Source: Macrostomum lignano (Eukaryota). Taken from it: DNA of 64,000 bases. The position numbers were made by a program, and so were the translations under genes. Shown piece after piece: positions 23,501 through 38,500 of this stretch. Position 1 is the first letter of the stretch, and each line of letters begins with the position of its first letter. Location: positions 1 to 64,000 of the forward strand of contig NIVC01000133.1 in assembly GCA_002269645.1 (NCBI GenBank). The letters are read 5' to 3'. The notes under the pieces are model-generated. The model was not told the origin of the DNA. It searched no databases and saw nothing but the letters and a program-made list of their open reading frames with translations.

Positions 23501-26500
23501 TCCTGGTCGAGGTGCTTCACCAAGCTCTTTATGTCGTCGACTTCTGCTCCAATGGACTCATCGCGCTGCTCAGCATCAGTACCCTGCTGCAGCTTTCGAG
23601 CAAGCACGCTTTCCTCGGTCTCTTCAGCGAGATCGGCTGACTGGCTTTCGTGACGAAGCTCTCGGATCGGAGGCTCCGGCAATTCCATCGAAACCTGTTG
23701 GTCCTCGTACTCGATCCGGACCTCATCGACGTCCTGGTCGAGGTGCATCACCAAGCTCTTTATGTCGTCGACTTCTGCTCCAATGGACTCATCGCGCTGC
23801 TCAGCATCAGTAACCTGCTGCAGCTTTCGAGCAAGCACGCTTTCCTCGTTCTCTTCAGCGAGATCGGCTGACTGGCTTTCGTGACGAAGCTCTCGGATTG
23901 AGGGCTCCAAAATTTCGATTGACAGTTGCTGATCCTGTGTCGAAGCTTCTTTTGTTGCTGCACTGCTACTTCCGACTTGCTCCTGGTTGTCCTGTTCGCT
24001 ACTTTTGGTTTGACTAACTGTATCTGGGTCTCTTGACATTGACGGCACTTGTGTTTCGTTAGTCTCGCTGTCATTTCTCTGTGCTAGTTGACTTGATTGC
24101 TTCCTACGGAAGCTCGCCTCGTTTTCCGCGTTTCCAGCTGTGTCCAAGTCGGAGACATTATACGATCCTCTGTGTCGCTTAAAAACACCCATAAACTTTC
24201 CGAACACGTTCTTTTTGTGCTTTGGTGGGTATGATGACTCGAGTGGCATCGAGCTTTGAGAACCAGAGCTCTGACTTTTATCGTCGTGCGTTCCAGTCAC
24301 ACTTACACTGTGGGGTCTCGTCTGAGGTTTTTCTCTCTTTGCCGAGCTCTCACCAGATGTGTGTCGCAGCCTTACTTTTGATTCGATGGGCGGAAACTCT
24401 GCACTTCCCAAAGACAAGCGTTTTACTATTTTTGATGACTTTGGCTCAGCCAGATCTATCGACCTACTCTCGTTTCTTTCGTCGACGGGTGCGTCCCTAA
24501 TATGATGCAGGAGATCGTCTGACTGCCAGGATCGATCGCTCTCATTGGAAATTTGACTATCGCGATCAAACGAGTGCCCGTAGCGGCGAGGCTCGTGGAT
24601 GATGGGCTCCGGCAATTCCATCGAAATCTGTTGGTCCTCGTACTCGATCCGGACCTCATCGACGTCCTGGTCGAGGTGCTTCACCAAGCTCTTTATGTCG
24701 TCGAATTCTGCTCCAATGGACTCATCGCGCTGCTCAGCATCAGTAACCTGCTGCAGCTTTCGAGCAAGCACGCTTTCCTCGGTCTCTTCAGCGAGATCGG
24801 CTGACTGGCTTTGTGACGAAGCTCTCGGATCGGAGGCTCCGGCAATTCCATCGAAATCTGTTGGTCCTCGTACTCGATCCGGACCTCATCGACGTCCTGG
24901 TCGAGGTGCTTCACCAAGCTCTTTATGTCGTCGACTTCTGCTCCAATGGACTCATCGCGCTGCTCAGCATCAGTACCCTGCTGCAGCTTTCGAGCAAGCA
25001 CGCTTTCCTCGGTCTCTTCAGCGAGATCGGCTGACTGGCTTTGGTGACGAATCTCTCGGATCGGAGGCTCCGGCAATTCCATCGAAATCTGTTGGTCCAG
25101 GTACTCGATCCGGACCTCATCGACGTCCTGGTCGAGGTGCTTCACCAAGCTCTTTATGTCGTCGACTTCTGCTCCAATGGACTCATCGCGCTGCTCAGCA
25201 TCAGTACCCTGCTGCAGCTTTCGAGCAGGCACGCTCTCCTCGGTCTCTTCAGCGAGATCGGCTGACTGGCTTTCGTGACGAAGCTCTCGGATCGGAGGCT
25301 CCGGCAATTCCATCGAAATCTGTTGGTCCTCGTACTCGATCCGGACCTCATCGACGTCCTGGTCGAGGTGCATCACTAAGCTCTTCATGTCGTCGACTTC
25401 TGCTCCAATGGACTCATCGCGCTGCTCAGCATCAGTACCCTGCTGCAGCTTTCGAGCAAGCACGCTTTCCTCGTTCTCTTCAGCGAGATCGGCTGACTGG
25501 CTTTCGTGACGAAGCTCTCGGATCGGAGGCTCCGGCAATTCCATCGAAATCTGTTGGTCCTCGTACTCGATCCGGACCTCATCGACGTCCTGGTCGAGGT
25601 GCTTCACCAAGCTCTTTATGTCGTCGACTTCTGCTCCAATGGACTCATCGCGCTGCTCAGCATCAGTACCCTGCTGCAGCTTTCGAGCAAGCACGCTTTC
25701 CTCGGTCTCTTCAGCGAGATCGGCTGACTGGCTTTCGTGACGAAGCTCTCGGATCGGAGGCTCCGGCAATTCCATCGAAATCTGTTGGTCCTCGTACTCG
25801 ATCCGGACCTCATCGACGTCCTGGTCGAGGTGCATCACCAATCTCTTTATGTCGTCGACTTCTGCTCCAATGGACTCATCGCGCTGCTCAGCATCAGTAA
25901 CCTGCTGCAGCTTTCGAGCAAGCACGCTTTCCTCGGTCTCTTCAGCGAGATCGGCTGACTGGCTTTCGTGACGAAGCTCTCGGATTGAGGGCTCCAAAAT
26001 TTCGATTGACAGTTGCTGATCCTGTGTCGAAGCTTCTTTTGTTGCTGCACTGCTACTTCCGACTTGCTCCTGGTTGTCCTGTTCGCTACTTTTGGTTTGA
26101 CTAACTGTATCTGGGTCTCTTGACATTGACGGCACTTGTGTTTCGTTAGTCTCGCTTTCATTTCTCTGTGCTAGTTGACTTGATTGCTTCCTACGGAAGC
26201 TCGCCTCGTTTTCCGCGTTTCCAGCTGTGTCCAAGTCGGAGACATTATACGATCCTCTGTGTCGCTTAAAAACACCATGAACTTTCCGAACACGTTCTTT
26301 TTGTGCTTTGGTGGGTATGATGACTCGAGTGGCATCGAGCTTTGAGAACCAGAGCTCTGACTTTTATCGTCGTGCGTTCCAGTCACACTTACACTGTGGG
26401 GTCTCGTCTGAGGTTTTTCTCTCTTTGCCGAGCTCTCACCAGATGTGTGTCGCAGCCTTACTTTTGATTCGATGGGCGGAAACTCTGCACTTCCCAAAGA

Positions 26501-29500
26501 CAAGCGTTTTACTATTTTTGATGACTTTGGCTCAGCCAGATCTATCGACCTACTCTCGTTTCTTTCGTCGACGGGTGCGTCCCTAATATGATGCAGGAGA
26601 TCGTCTGACTGCCAGGATTGATCGCTCTCCTTGGAAATTTGACTATCGCGATCAACCGAGTGCCCGTAGCGGCGAGGCTCGTGGATGATGGGCTCCGGCA
26701 ATTCCATCGAAATCTGTTGGTCCTCGTACTCGATCCGGACCTCATCGACGTCCTGGTCGAGGTGCTTCACCAAGCTCTTTATGTCGTCGACTTCTGCTCC
26801 AATGGACTCATCGCGCTGCTCAGCATCAGTAACCTGCTGCAGCTTTCGAGCAGGCACGCTTTCCTCGGTCTCTTCAGCGAGATCGGCTGACTGGCTTTGG
26901 TGACGAATCTCTCGGATCGGAGGCTCCGGCAATTCCATCGAAATCTGTTGGTCCTCGTACTCGATCCGGACCTCATCGACGTCCTGGTCGAGGTGCTTCA
27001 CCAAGCTCTTTATGTCGTCGACTTCTGCTCCAATGGACTCATCGCGCTGCTCAGCATCAGTAACCTGCTGCAGCTTTCGAGCAGGCACGCTTTCCTCGGT
27101 CTCTTCAGCGAGATCGGCTGACTGGCTTTCGTGACGAAGCTTTCGGATCGGAGGCTCCGGCAATTCCATCGAAATCTGTTGGTCCTCGTACTCGATCCGG
27201 ACCTCATCGACGTCCTGGTCGAGGTGCTTCACCAAGCTCTTTATGTCGTCGACTTCTGCTCCAATGGACTCATCGCGCTGCTCAGCATCAGTAACCTGCT
27301 GCAGCTTTCGAGCAGGCACGCTCTCCTCGGTCTCTTCAGCGAGATCGGCTGACTGGCTTTCGTGACGAAGCTCTCGGATCGGAGGCTCCGGCAATTCCAT
27401 CGAAATCTGTTGGTCCAGGTACTCGATCCGGACCTCATCGACGTCCTGGTCGAGGTGCTTCACCAAGCTCTTTATGTCGTCGACTTCTGCTCCAATGGAC
27501 TCATCGCGCTGCTCAGCATCAGTAACCTGCTGCAGCTTTCGAGCAGGCACGCTCTCCTCGGTCTCTTCAGCGAGATCGGCTGACTGGCTTTCGTGACGAA
27601 GCTCTCGGATCGGAGGCTCCGGCAATTCCATCGAAATCTGTTGGTCCTCGTACTCGATCCGGACCTCATCGACGTCCTGGTCGAGGTGCATTACCAAGCT
27701 CTTTATGTCGTCGACTTCTGCTCCAATGGACTCATCGCGCTGCTCAGCATCAGTAACCTGCTGCAGCTTTCGAGCAAGCACGCTTTCCTCGTTCTCTTCA
27801 GCGAGATCGGCTGACTGGCTTTCGTGACGAAGCTCTCGGATTGAGGGCTCCAAAATTTCGATTGACAGTTGCTGATCCTGTGTCGAAGCTTCTTTTGTTG
27901 CTGCACTGCTACTTCCGACTTGCTCCTGGTTGTCCTGTTCGCTACTTTTGGTTTGACTAACTGTATCTGGGTCTCTTGACATTGACGGCACTTGTGTTTC
28001 GTTAGTCTCGCTGTCATTTCTCTGTGCTAGTTGACTTGATTGCTTCCTACGGAAGCTCGCCTCGTTTTCCGCGTTTCCAGCTGTGTCCAAGTCGGAGACA
28101 TTATACGATCCTCTGTGTCGCTTAAAAACACCCATGAACTTTCCGAACACGTTCTTTTTGTGCTTTGGTGGGTATGATGACTCGAGTGGCATCGAGCTTT
28201 GAGAACCAGAGCTCTGACTTTTATCGTCGTGCGTTCCAGTCACACTTACACTGTGGGGTCTCGTCTGAGGTTTTTCTCTCTTTGCCGAGCTCTCACCAGA
28301 TGTGTGTCGCAGCCTTACTTTTGATTCGATGGGCGGAAACTCTGCACTTCCCAAAGACAAGCGTTTTACTATTTTTGATGACTTTGGCTCAGCCAGATCT
28401 ATCGACCTACTCTCGTTTCTTTCGTCGACGGGTGCGTCCCTAATATGATGCAGGAGATCGTCTGACTGCCAGGATTGATCGCTCTCCTTGGAAATTTGAC
28501 TATCGCGATCAACGAGTGCCCGTAGCGGCGAGGCTCGTGGATGATGGGCTCCGGCAATTCCATCGAAATCTGTTGGTCCTCGTACTCGATCCGGACCTCA
28601 TCGATGTCCTGGTCGAGGTGCTTCACCAAGCTCTTTATGTCGTCGACTTCTGCTCCAATGGACTCATCGCGCTGCTCAGCATCAGTACCCTGCTGCAGCT
28701 TTCGAGCAGGCACGCTTTCCTCGGTCTCTTCAGCGAGATCGGCTGACTGGCTTTGGTGACGAATCTCTCGGATCGGAGGCTCCGGCAATTCCATCGAAAT
28801 CTGTTGGTCCTCGTACTCGATCCGGACCTCATCGACGTCCTGGTCGAGGTGCATCACTAAGCTCTTCATGTCGTCGACTTCTTCTCCAGTGGACTCATCG
28901 CGCTGCTCAGCATCAGTACCCTGCTGCAGCTTTCGAGCAGGCACGCTCTCCTCGGTCTCTTCAGCGAGATCGGCTGACTGGCTTTCGTGACGAAGCTCTT
29001 GGATCGGAGGCTCCGGCAATTCCATCGAAATCTGTTGGTCCTCGTACTCGATCCGGACCTCATCGACGTCCTGGTCGAGGTGCATCACTAAGCTCTTCAT
29101 GTCGTCGACTTCTGCTCCAATGGACTCATCGCGCTGCTCAGCATCAGTACCCTGCTGCAGCTTTCGAGCAAGCACGCTTTCCTCGGTCTCTTCAGCGAGA
29201 TCGGCTGACTGGCTTTCGTGACGAAGCTCTCGGATCGGAGGCTCCGGCAATTCCATCGAAATCTGTTGGTCCAGGTACTCGATCCGGACCTCATCGACGT
29301 CCTGGTCGAGGTGCATCACTAAGCTCTTCATGTCGTCGACTTCTGCTCCAATGGACTCATCGCGCTGCTCAGCATCAGTAACCTGCTGCAGCTTTCGAGC
29401 AAGCACGCTTTCCTCGGTCTCTTCAGCGAGATCGGCTGACTGGCTTTGGTGACGAATCTCTCGGATCGGAGGCTCCGGCAATTCCATCGAAATCTGTTGG

Positions 29501-32500
29501 TCCTCGTACTCGATCCGGACCTCATCGACGTCCTGGTCGAGGTGCATTACCAAGCTCTTTATGTCGTCGACTTCTGCTCCAATGGACTCATCGCGCTGCT
29601 CAGCATCAGTAATTTGCTGCAGCTTTCGAGCAAGCACGCTTTCCTCGTTCTCTTCAGCGAGATCGGCTGACTGGCTTTCGTGGCGAAGCTCTCGGATTGA
29701 GGGCTCCAAAATTTCGATTGACAGTTGCTGATCCTGTGTCGAAGCTTCTTTTGTTGCTGCACTGCTACTTCCGACTTGCTCCTGGTTGTCCTGTTCGCTA
29801 CTTTTGGTTTGACTAACTGTATCTGGGTCTCTTGACATTGCCGGCACTTGTGTTTCGTTAGTCTCGCTGTCATTTCTCTGTGCTAGTTGACTTGATTGCT
29901 TCCTACGGAAGCTCGCCTCGTTTTCCGCGTTTCCAGCTGTGTCCAAGTCGGAGACATTATACGATCCTCTGTGTCGCTTAAAAACACCCATAAACTTTCC
30001 GAACACGTTCTTTTTGTGCTTTGGTGGGTATGATGACTCGAGTGGCATCGAGCTTTGAGAACCAGAGCTCTGACTTTTATCGTCGTGCGTTCCAGTCACA
30101 CTTACACTGTGGGGTCTCGTCTGAGGTTTTTCTCTCTTTGCCGAGCTCTCACCAGATGTGTGTCGCAGCCTTACTTTTGATTCGATGGGCGGAAACTCTG
30201 CACTTCCCAAAGACAAGCGTTTTACTATTTTTGATGACTTTGGCTCAGCCAGATCTATCGACCTACTCTCGTTTCTTTCGTCGACGGGTGCGTCCCTAAT
30301 ATGATGCAGGAGATCGTCTGACTGCCAGGATTGATCGCTCTCCTTGGAAATTTGACTATCGCGATCAACCGAGTGCCCGTAGCGGCGAGGCTCGTGGATG
30401 ATGGGCTCCGGCAATTCCATCGAAATCTGTTGGTCCTCGTACTCGATCCGGACCTCATCGACGTCCTGGTCGAGGTGCTTCACCAAGCTCTTTATGTCGT
30501 CGACTTCTGCTCCAATGGACTCATCGCGCTGCTCAGCATCAGTACCCTGCTGCAGCTTTCGAGCAAGCACGCTTTCCTCGGTCTCTTCAGCGAGATCGGC
30601 TGACTGGCTTTCGTGACGAAGCTCTTGGATTGAGGGCTCCAAAATTTCGATTGACAGTTGCTGATCCTGTGTCGAAGCTTCTTTTGTTGCTGCACTGCTA
30701 CTTCCGACTTGCTCCTGGTTGTCCTGTTCGCTACTTTTGGTTTGACTAACTGTATCTGGGTCTCTTGACATTGACGGCACTTGTGTTTCGTTAGTCTCGC
30801 TGTCATTTCTCTGTGCTAGTTGACTTGATTGCTTCCTACGGAAGCTCGCCTCGTTTTCCGCGTTTCCAGCTGTGTCCAAGTCGGAGACATTATACGATCC
30901 TCTGTGTCGCTTAAAAACACCCATGAACTTTCCGAACACGTTCTTTTTGTGCTTTGGTGGGTATGATGACTCGAGTGGCATCGAGCTTTGAGAACCAGAG
31001 CTCTGACTTTTATCGTCGTGCGTTCCAGTCACACTTACACTGTGGGGTCTCGTCTGAGGTTTTTCTCTCTTTGCCGAGCTCTCACCAGATGTGTGTCGCA
31101 GCCTTACTTTTGATTCGATGGGCGGAAACTCTGCACTTCCCAAAGACAAGCGTTTTACTATTTTTGATGACTTTGGCTCAGCCAGATCTATCGACCTACT
31201 CTCGTTTCTTTCGTCGACGGGTGCGTCCCTAATATGATGCAGGAGATCGTCTGACTGCCAGGATTGATCGCTCTCCTTGGAAATTTGACTATCGCGATCA
31301 ACCGAGTGCCCGTAGCGGCGAGGCTCGTGGATGATGGGCTCCGGCAATTCCATCGAAATCTGTTGGTCCTCGTACTCGATCCGGACCTCATCGACGTCCT
31401 GGTCGAGGTGCTTCACCAAGCTCTTTATGTCGTCGACTTCTGCTCCAATGGACTCATCGCGCTGCTCAGCATCAGTACCCTGCTGCAGCTTTCGAGCAAG
31501 CACGCTTTCCTCGGTCTCTTCAGCGAGATCGGCTGACTGGCTTTGGTGACGAATCTCTCGGATCGGAGGCTCCGGCAATTCCATCGAAATCTGTTGGTCC
31601 TCGTACTCGATCCGGACCTCATCGACGTCCTGGTCGAGTGCATTACCAAGCTCTTTATGTCGTCGACTTCTGCTCCAATGGACTCATCGCGCTGCTCAGC
31701 ATCAGTAACCTGCTGCAGCTTTCGAGCAAGCACGCTTTCCTCGTTCTCTTCAGCGAGATCGGCTGACTGGCTTTCGTGACGAAGCTCTCGGATTGAGGGC
31801 TCCAAAATTTCGATTGACAGTTGCTGATCCTGTGTCGAAGCTTCTTTTGTTGCTGCACTGCTACTTCCGACTTGCTCCTGGTTGTCCTGTTCGCTACTTT
31901 TGGTTTGACTAACTGTATCTGGGTCTCTTGACATTGACGGCACTTGTGTTTCGTTAGTCTCGCTGTCATTTCTCTGTGCTAGTTGACTTGATTGCTTCCT
32001 ACGGAAGCTCGCCTCGTTTTCCGCGTTTCCAGCTGTGTCCAAGTCGGAGACATTATACGATCCTCTGTGTCGCTTAAAAACACCCATGAACTTTCCGAAC
32101 ACGTTCTTTTTGTGCTTTGGTGGGTATGATGACTCGAGTGGCATCGAGCTTTGAGAACCAGAGCTCTGACTTTTATCGTCGTGCGTTCCAGTCACACTTA
32201 CACTGTGGGGTCTCGTCTGAGGTTTTTCTTTCTTTGCCGAGCTCTCACCAGATGTGTGTCGCAGCCTTACTTTTGATTCGATGGGCGGAAACTCTGCACT
32301 TCCCAAAGACAAGCGTTTTACTATTTTTGATGACTTTGGCTCAGCCAGATCTATCGACCTACTCTCGTTTCTTTCGTCGACGGGTGCGTCCTAATATGAT
32401 GCAGGAGATCGTCTGACTGCCAGGATCGATCGCTCTCCTTGGAAATTTGACTATCGCGATCAACCGAGTGCCCGTAGCGGCGAGGCTCGTGGATGATGGG

Positions 32501-35500
32501 CTCCGGCAATTCCATCGAAATCTGTTGGTCCTCGTACTCGATCCGGACCTCATCGATGTCCTGGTCGAGGTGCATCACCAAGCTCTTTATGTCGTCGACT
32601 TCTGCTCCAATGGACTCATCGCGCTGCTCAGCATCAGTACCCTGCTGCAGCTTTCGAGCAGGCACGCTCTCCTCGGTCTCTTCAGCGAGATCGGCTGACT
32701 GGCTTTGGTGACGAAGCTCTCGGATCGGAGGCTCCGGCAATTCCATCGAAATCTGTTGGTCCTCGTACTCGATCCGGACCTCATCGACGTCCTGGTCGAG
32801 GTGCATCACTAAGCTCTTCATGTCGTCGACTTCTGCTCCAATGGACTCATCGCGCTGCTCAGCATCAGTAACCTGCTGCAGCTTTCGAGCAAGCACGCTT
32901 TCCTCGGTCTCTTCAGCGAGATCGGCTGACTGGCTTTCGTGACGAAGCTCTCGGATCTGAGGCTCCGGCAATTCCATCGAAACCTGTTGGTCCTCGTACT
33001 CGATCCGGACCTCATCGACGTCCTGGTCGAGGTGCATCACCAAGCTCTTTATGTCGTCGACTTCTGCTCCAATGGACTCATCGCGCTGCTCAGCATCAGT
33101 AACCTGCTGCAGCTTTCGAGCAAGCACGCTTTCCTCGGTCTCTTCAGCGAGATCGGCTGACTGGCTTTCGTGACGAAGCTCTCGGATCGGAGGCTCCGGC
33201 AATTCCATCGAAATCTGTTGGTCCTCGTACTCGATCCGGACCTCATCGACGTCCTGGTCGAGGTGCATCACTAAGCTCTTTATGTCGTCGACTTCTGCTC
33301 CAATGGACTCATCGCGCTGCTCAGCATCAGTACCCTGCTGCAGCTTTCGAGCAAGCACGCTTTCCTCGGTCTCTTCAGCGAGATCGGCTGACTGGCTTTC
33401 GTGACGAAGCTCTCGGATCGGAGGCTCCGGCAATTCCATCGAAACCTGTTGGTCCTCGTACTCGATCCGGACTTCATCGACGTCCTGGTCGAGGTGCATC
33501 ACCAAGCTCTTTATGTCGTCGACTTCTGCTCCAATGGACTCATCGCGCTGCTCAGCATCAGTAACCTGCTGCAGCTTTCGAGCAAGCACGCTTTCCTCGG
33601 TCTCTTCAGCGAGATCGGCTGACTGGCTTTCGTGACGAAGCTCTCGGATCGGAGGCTCCGGCAATTCCATCGAAATCTGTTGGTCCTCGTACTCGATCCG
33701 GACCTCATCGACGTCCTGGTCGAGGTGCATCACTAAGCTCTTTATGTCGTCGACTTCTGCTCCAATGGACTCATCGCGCTGCTCAGCATCAGTACCCTGC
33801 TGCAGCTTTCGAGCAAGCACGCTTTCCTCGGTCTCTTCAGCGAGATCGGCTGACTGGCTTTCGTGACGAAGCTCTCGGATCGGAGGCTCCGGCAATTCCA
33901 TCGAAACCTGTTGGTCCTCGTACTCGATCCGGACCTCATCGACGTCCTGGTCGAGGTGCATCACCAAGCTCTTTATGTCGTCGACTTCTGCTCCAATGGA
34001 CTCATCGCGCTGCTCAGCATCAGTAACCTGCTGCAGCTTTCGAGCAAGCACGCTTTCCTCGTTCTCTTCAGCGAGATCGGCTGACTGGCTTTCGTGACGA
34101 AGCTCTCGGATTGAGGGCTCCAAAATTTCGATTGACAGTTGCTGATCCTGTGTCGAAGCTTCTTTTGTTGCTGCACTGCTACTTCCGACTTGCTCCTGGT
34201 TGTCCTGTTCGCTACTTTTGGTTTGACTAACTGTATCTGGGTCTCTTGACATTGACGGCACTTGTGTTTCGTTAGTCTCGCTGTCATTTCTCTGTGCTAG
34301 TTGACTTGATTGCTTCCTACGGAAGCTCGCCTCGTTTTCCGCGTTTCCAGCTGTGTCCAAGTCGGAGACATTATACGATCCTCTGTGTCGCTTAAAAACA
34401 CCCATGAACTTTCCGAACACGTTCTTTTTGTGCTTTGGTGGGTATGATGACTCGAGTGGCATCAAGCTTTGAGAACCAGAGCTCTGACTTTTATCGTCGT
34501 GCGTTCCAGTCACACTTACACTGTGGGGTCTCGTCTGAGGTTTTTCTCTCTTTGCGAGCTCTCACCAGATGTGTGTCGCAGCCTTACTTTTGATTCGATG
34601 GGCGGAAACTCTGCACTTCCCAAAGACAAGCGTTTTACTATTTTTGATGACTTTGGCTCAGCCAGATCTATCGACCTACTCTCGTTTCTTTCGTCGACGG
34701 GTGCGTCCCTAATATGATGCAGGAGATCGTCTGACTGCCAGGATTGATCGCTCTCCTTGGAAATTTGACTATCGCGATCAACCGAGTGCCCGTAGCGGCG
34801 AGGCTCGTGATGATGGGCTCCGGCAATTCCATCGAAATCTGTTGGTCCTCGTACTCGATCCGGACCTCATCGATGTCCTGGTCGAGGTGCATCACCAAGC
34901 TCTTTATGTCGTCGACTTCTGCTCCAATGGACTCATCGCGCTGCTCAGCATCAGTACCCTGCTGCAGCTTTCGAGCAGGCACGCTCTCCTCGGTCTCTTC
35001 AGCGAGATCGGCTGACTGGCTTTGTGACGAAGCTCTCGGATCGGAGGCTCCGGCAATTCCATCGAAATCTGTTGGTCCTCGTACTCGATCCGGACCTCAT
35101 CGACGTCCTGGTCGAGGTGCATCACTAAGCTCTTCATGTCGTCGACTTCTGCTCCAATGGACTCATCGCGCTGCTCAGCATCAGTAACCTGCTGCAGCTT
35201 TCGAGCAAGCACGCTTTCCTCGGTCTCTTCAGCGAGATCGGCTGACTGGCTTTCGTGACGAAGCTCTCGGATCTGAGGCTCCGGCAATTCCATCGAAACC
35301 TGTTGGTCCTCGTACTCGATCCGGACCTCATCGACGTCCTGGTCGAGGTGCATCACCAAGCTCTTTATGTCGTCGACTTCTGCTCCAATGGACTCATCGC
35401 GCTGCTCAGCATCAGTAACCTGCTGCAGCTTTCGAGCAAGCACGCTTTCCTCGGTCTCTTCAGCGAGATCGGCTGACTGGCTTTCGTGACGAAGCTCTCG

Positions 35501-38500
35501 GATCGGAGGCTCCGGCAATTCCATCGAAATCTGTTGGTCCTCGTACTCGATCCGGACCTCATCGACGTCCTGGTCGAGGTGCTTCACCAAGCTCTTTATG
35601 TCGTCGACTTCTGCTCCAATGGACTCATCGCGCTGCTCAGCATCAGTACCCTGCTGCAGCTTTCGAGCAAGCACGCTTTCCTCGGTCTCTTCAGCGAGAT
35701 CGGCTGACTGGCTTTCGTGACGAAGCTCTCGATCGGAGGCTCCGGCAATTCCATCGAAACCTGTTGGTCCTCGTACTCGATCCGGACCTCATCGACGTCC
35801 TGGTCGAGGTGCATCACCAAGCTCTTTATGTCGTCGACTTCTGCTCCAATGGACTCATCGCGCTGCTCAGCATCAGTAACCTGCTGCAGCTTTCGAGCAA
35901 GCACGCTTTCCTCGTTCTCTTCAGCGAGATCGGCTGACTGGCTTTCGTGACGAAGCTCTCGGATTGAGGGCTCCAAAATTTCGATTGACAGTTGCTGATC
36001 CTGTGTCGAAGCTTCTTTTGTTGCTGCACTGCTACTTCCGACTTGCTCCTGGTTGTCCTGTTCGCTACTTTTGGTTTGACTAACTGTATCTGGGTCTCTT
36101 GACATTGACGGCACTTGTGTTTCGTTAGTCTCGCTGTCATTTCTCTGTGCTAGTTGACTTGATTGCTTCCTACGGAAGCTCGCCTCGTTTTCCGCGTTTC
36201 CAGCTGTGTCCAAGTCGGAGACATTATACGATCCTCTGTGTCGCTTAAAAACACCCATGAACTTTCCGAACACGTTCTTTTTGTGCTTTGGTGGGTATGA
36301 TGACTCGAGTGGCATCGAGCTTTGAGAACCAGAGCTCTGACTTTTATCGTCGTGCGTTCCAGTCACACTTACACTGTGGGGTCTCGTCTGAGGTTTTTCT
36401 CTCTTTGCCGAGCTCTCACCAGATGTGTGTCGCAGCCTTACTTTTGATTCGATGGGCGGAAACTCTGCACTTCCCAAAGACAAGCGTTTTACTATTTTTG
36501 ATGACTTTGGCTCAGCCAGATCTATCGACCTACTCTCGTTTCTTTCGTCGACGGGTGCGTCCCTAATATGATGCAGGAGATCGTCTGACTGCCAGGATCG
36601 ATCGCTCTCCTTGGAAATTTGACTATCGCGATCAAACGAGTGCCCGTAGCGGCGAGGCTCGTGGATGATGGGCTCCGGCAATTCCATCGAAATCTGTTGG
36701 TCCTCGTATTCGATCCGGACCTCATCGATGTCCTGGTCGAGGTGCTTCACCAAGCTCTTTATGTCGTCGACTTCTGCTCCAATGGACTCATCGCGCTGCT
36801 CAGCATCAGTACCCTGCTGCAGCTTTCGAGCAGGCACGCTCTCCTCGGTCTCTTCAGCGAGATCGGCTGACTGGCTTTCGTGACGAAGCTCTCGGATCGG
36901 AGGCTCCGGCAATTCCATCGAAATCTGTTGGTCCTCGTACTCGATCCGGACCTCATCGACGTCCTGGTCGAGGTGCATCACTAAGCTCTTCATGTCGTCG
37001 ACTTCTGCTCCAATGGACTCATCGCGCTGCTCAGCATCAGTAACCTGCTGCAGCTTTCGAGCAAGCACGCTTTCCTCGGTCTCTTCAGCGAGATCGGCTG
37101 ACTGGCTTTCGTGACGAAGCTCTCGGATCTGAGGCTCCGGCAATTCCATCGAAACCTGTTGGTCCTCGTACTCGATCCGGACCTCATCGACGTCCTGGTC
37201 GAGGTGCATCACCAAGCTCTTTATGTCGTCGACTTCTGCTCCAATGGACTCATCGCGCTGCTCAGCATCAGTAACCTGCTGCAGCTTTCGAGCAAGCACG
37301 CTTTCCTCGGTCTCTTCAGCGAGATCGGCTGACTGGCTTTCGTGACGAAGCTCTCGGATCGGAGGCTCCGGCAATTCCATCGAAATCTGTTGGTCCTCGT
37401 ACTCGATCCGGACCTCATCGACGTCCTGGTCGAGGTGCATCACTAAGCTCTTTATGTCGTCGACTTCTGCTCCAATGGACTCATCGCGCTGCTCAGCATC
37501 AGTACCCTGCTGCAGCTTTCGAGCAAGCACGCTTTCCTCGGTCTCTTCAGCGAGATCGGCTGACTGGCTTTCGTGACGAAGCTCTCGGATCGGAGGCTCC
37601 GGCAATTCCATCGAAACCTGTTGGTCCTCGTACTCGATCCGGACTTCATCGACGTCCTGGTCGAGGTGCATCACCAAGCTCTTTATGTCGTCGACTTCTG
37701 CTCCAATGGACTCATCGCGCTGCTCAGCATCAGTAACCTGCTGCAGCTTTCGAGCAAGCACGCTTTCCTCGGTCTCTTCAGCGAGATCGGCTGACTGGCT
37801 TTCGTGACGAAGCTCTCGGATCGGAGGCTCCGGCAATTCCATCGAAATCTGTTGGTCCTCGTACTCGATCCGGACCTCATCGACGTCCTGGTCGAGGTGC
37901 ATCACTAAGCTCTTTATGTCGTCGACTTCTGCTCCAATGGACTCATCGCGCTGCTCAGCATCAGTACCCTGCTGCAGCTTTCGAGCAAGCACGCTTTCCT
38001 CGGTCTCTTCAGCGAGATCGGCTGACTGGCTTTCGTGACGAAGCTCTCGGATCGGAGGCTCCGGCAATTCCATCGAAACCTGTTGGTCCTCGTACTCGAT
38101 CCGGACCTCATCGACGTCCTGGTCGAGGTGCATCACCAAGCTCTTTATGTCGTCGACTTCTGCTCCAATGGACTCATCGCGCTGCTCAGCATCAGTAACC
38201 TGCTGCAGCTTTCGAGCAAGCACGCTTTCCTCGTTCTCTTCAGCGAGATCGGCTGACTGGCTTTCGTGACGAAGCTCTCGGATTGAGGGCTCCAAAATTT
38301 CGATTGACAGTTGCTGATCCTGTGTCGAAGCTTCTTTTGTTGCTGCACTGCTACTTCCGACTTGCTCCTGGTTGTCCTGTTCGCTACTTTTGGTTTGACT
38401 AACTGTATCTGGGTCTCTTGACATTGACGGCACTTGTGTTTCGTTAGTCTCGCTGTCATTTCTCTGTGCTAGTTGACTTGATTGCTTCCTACGGAAGCTC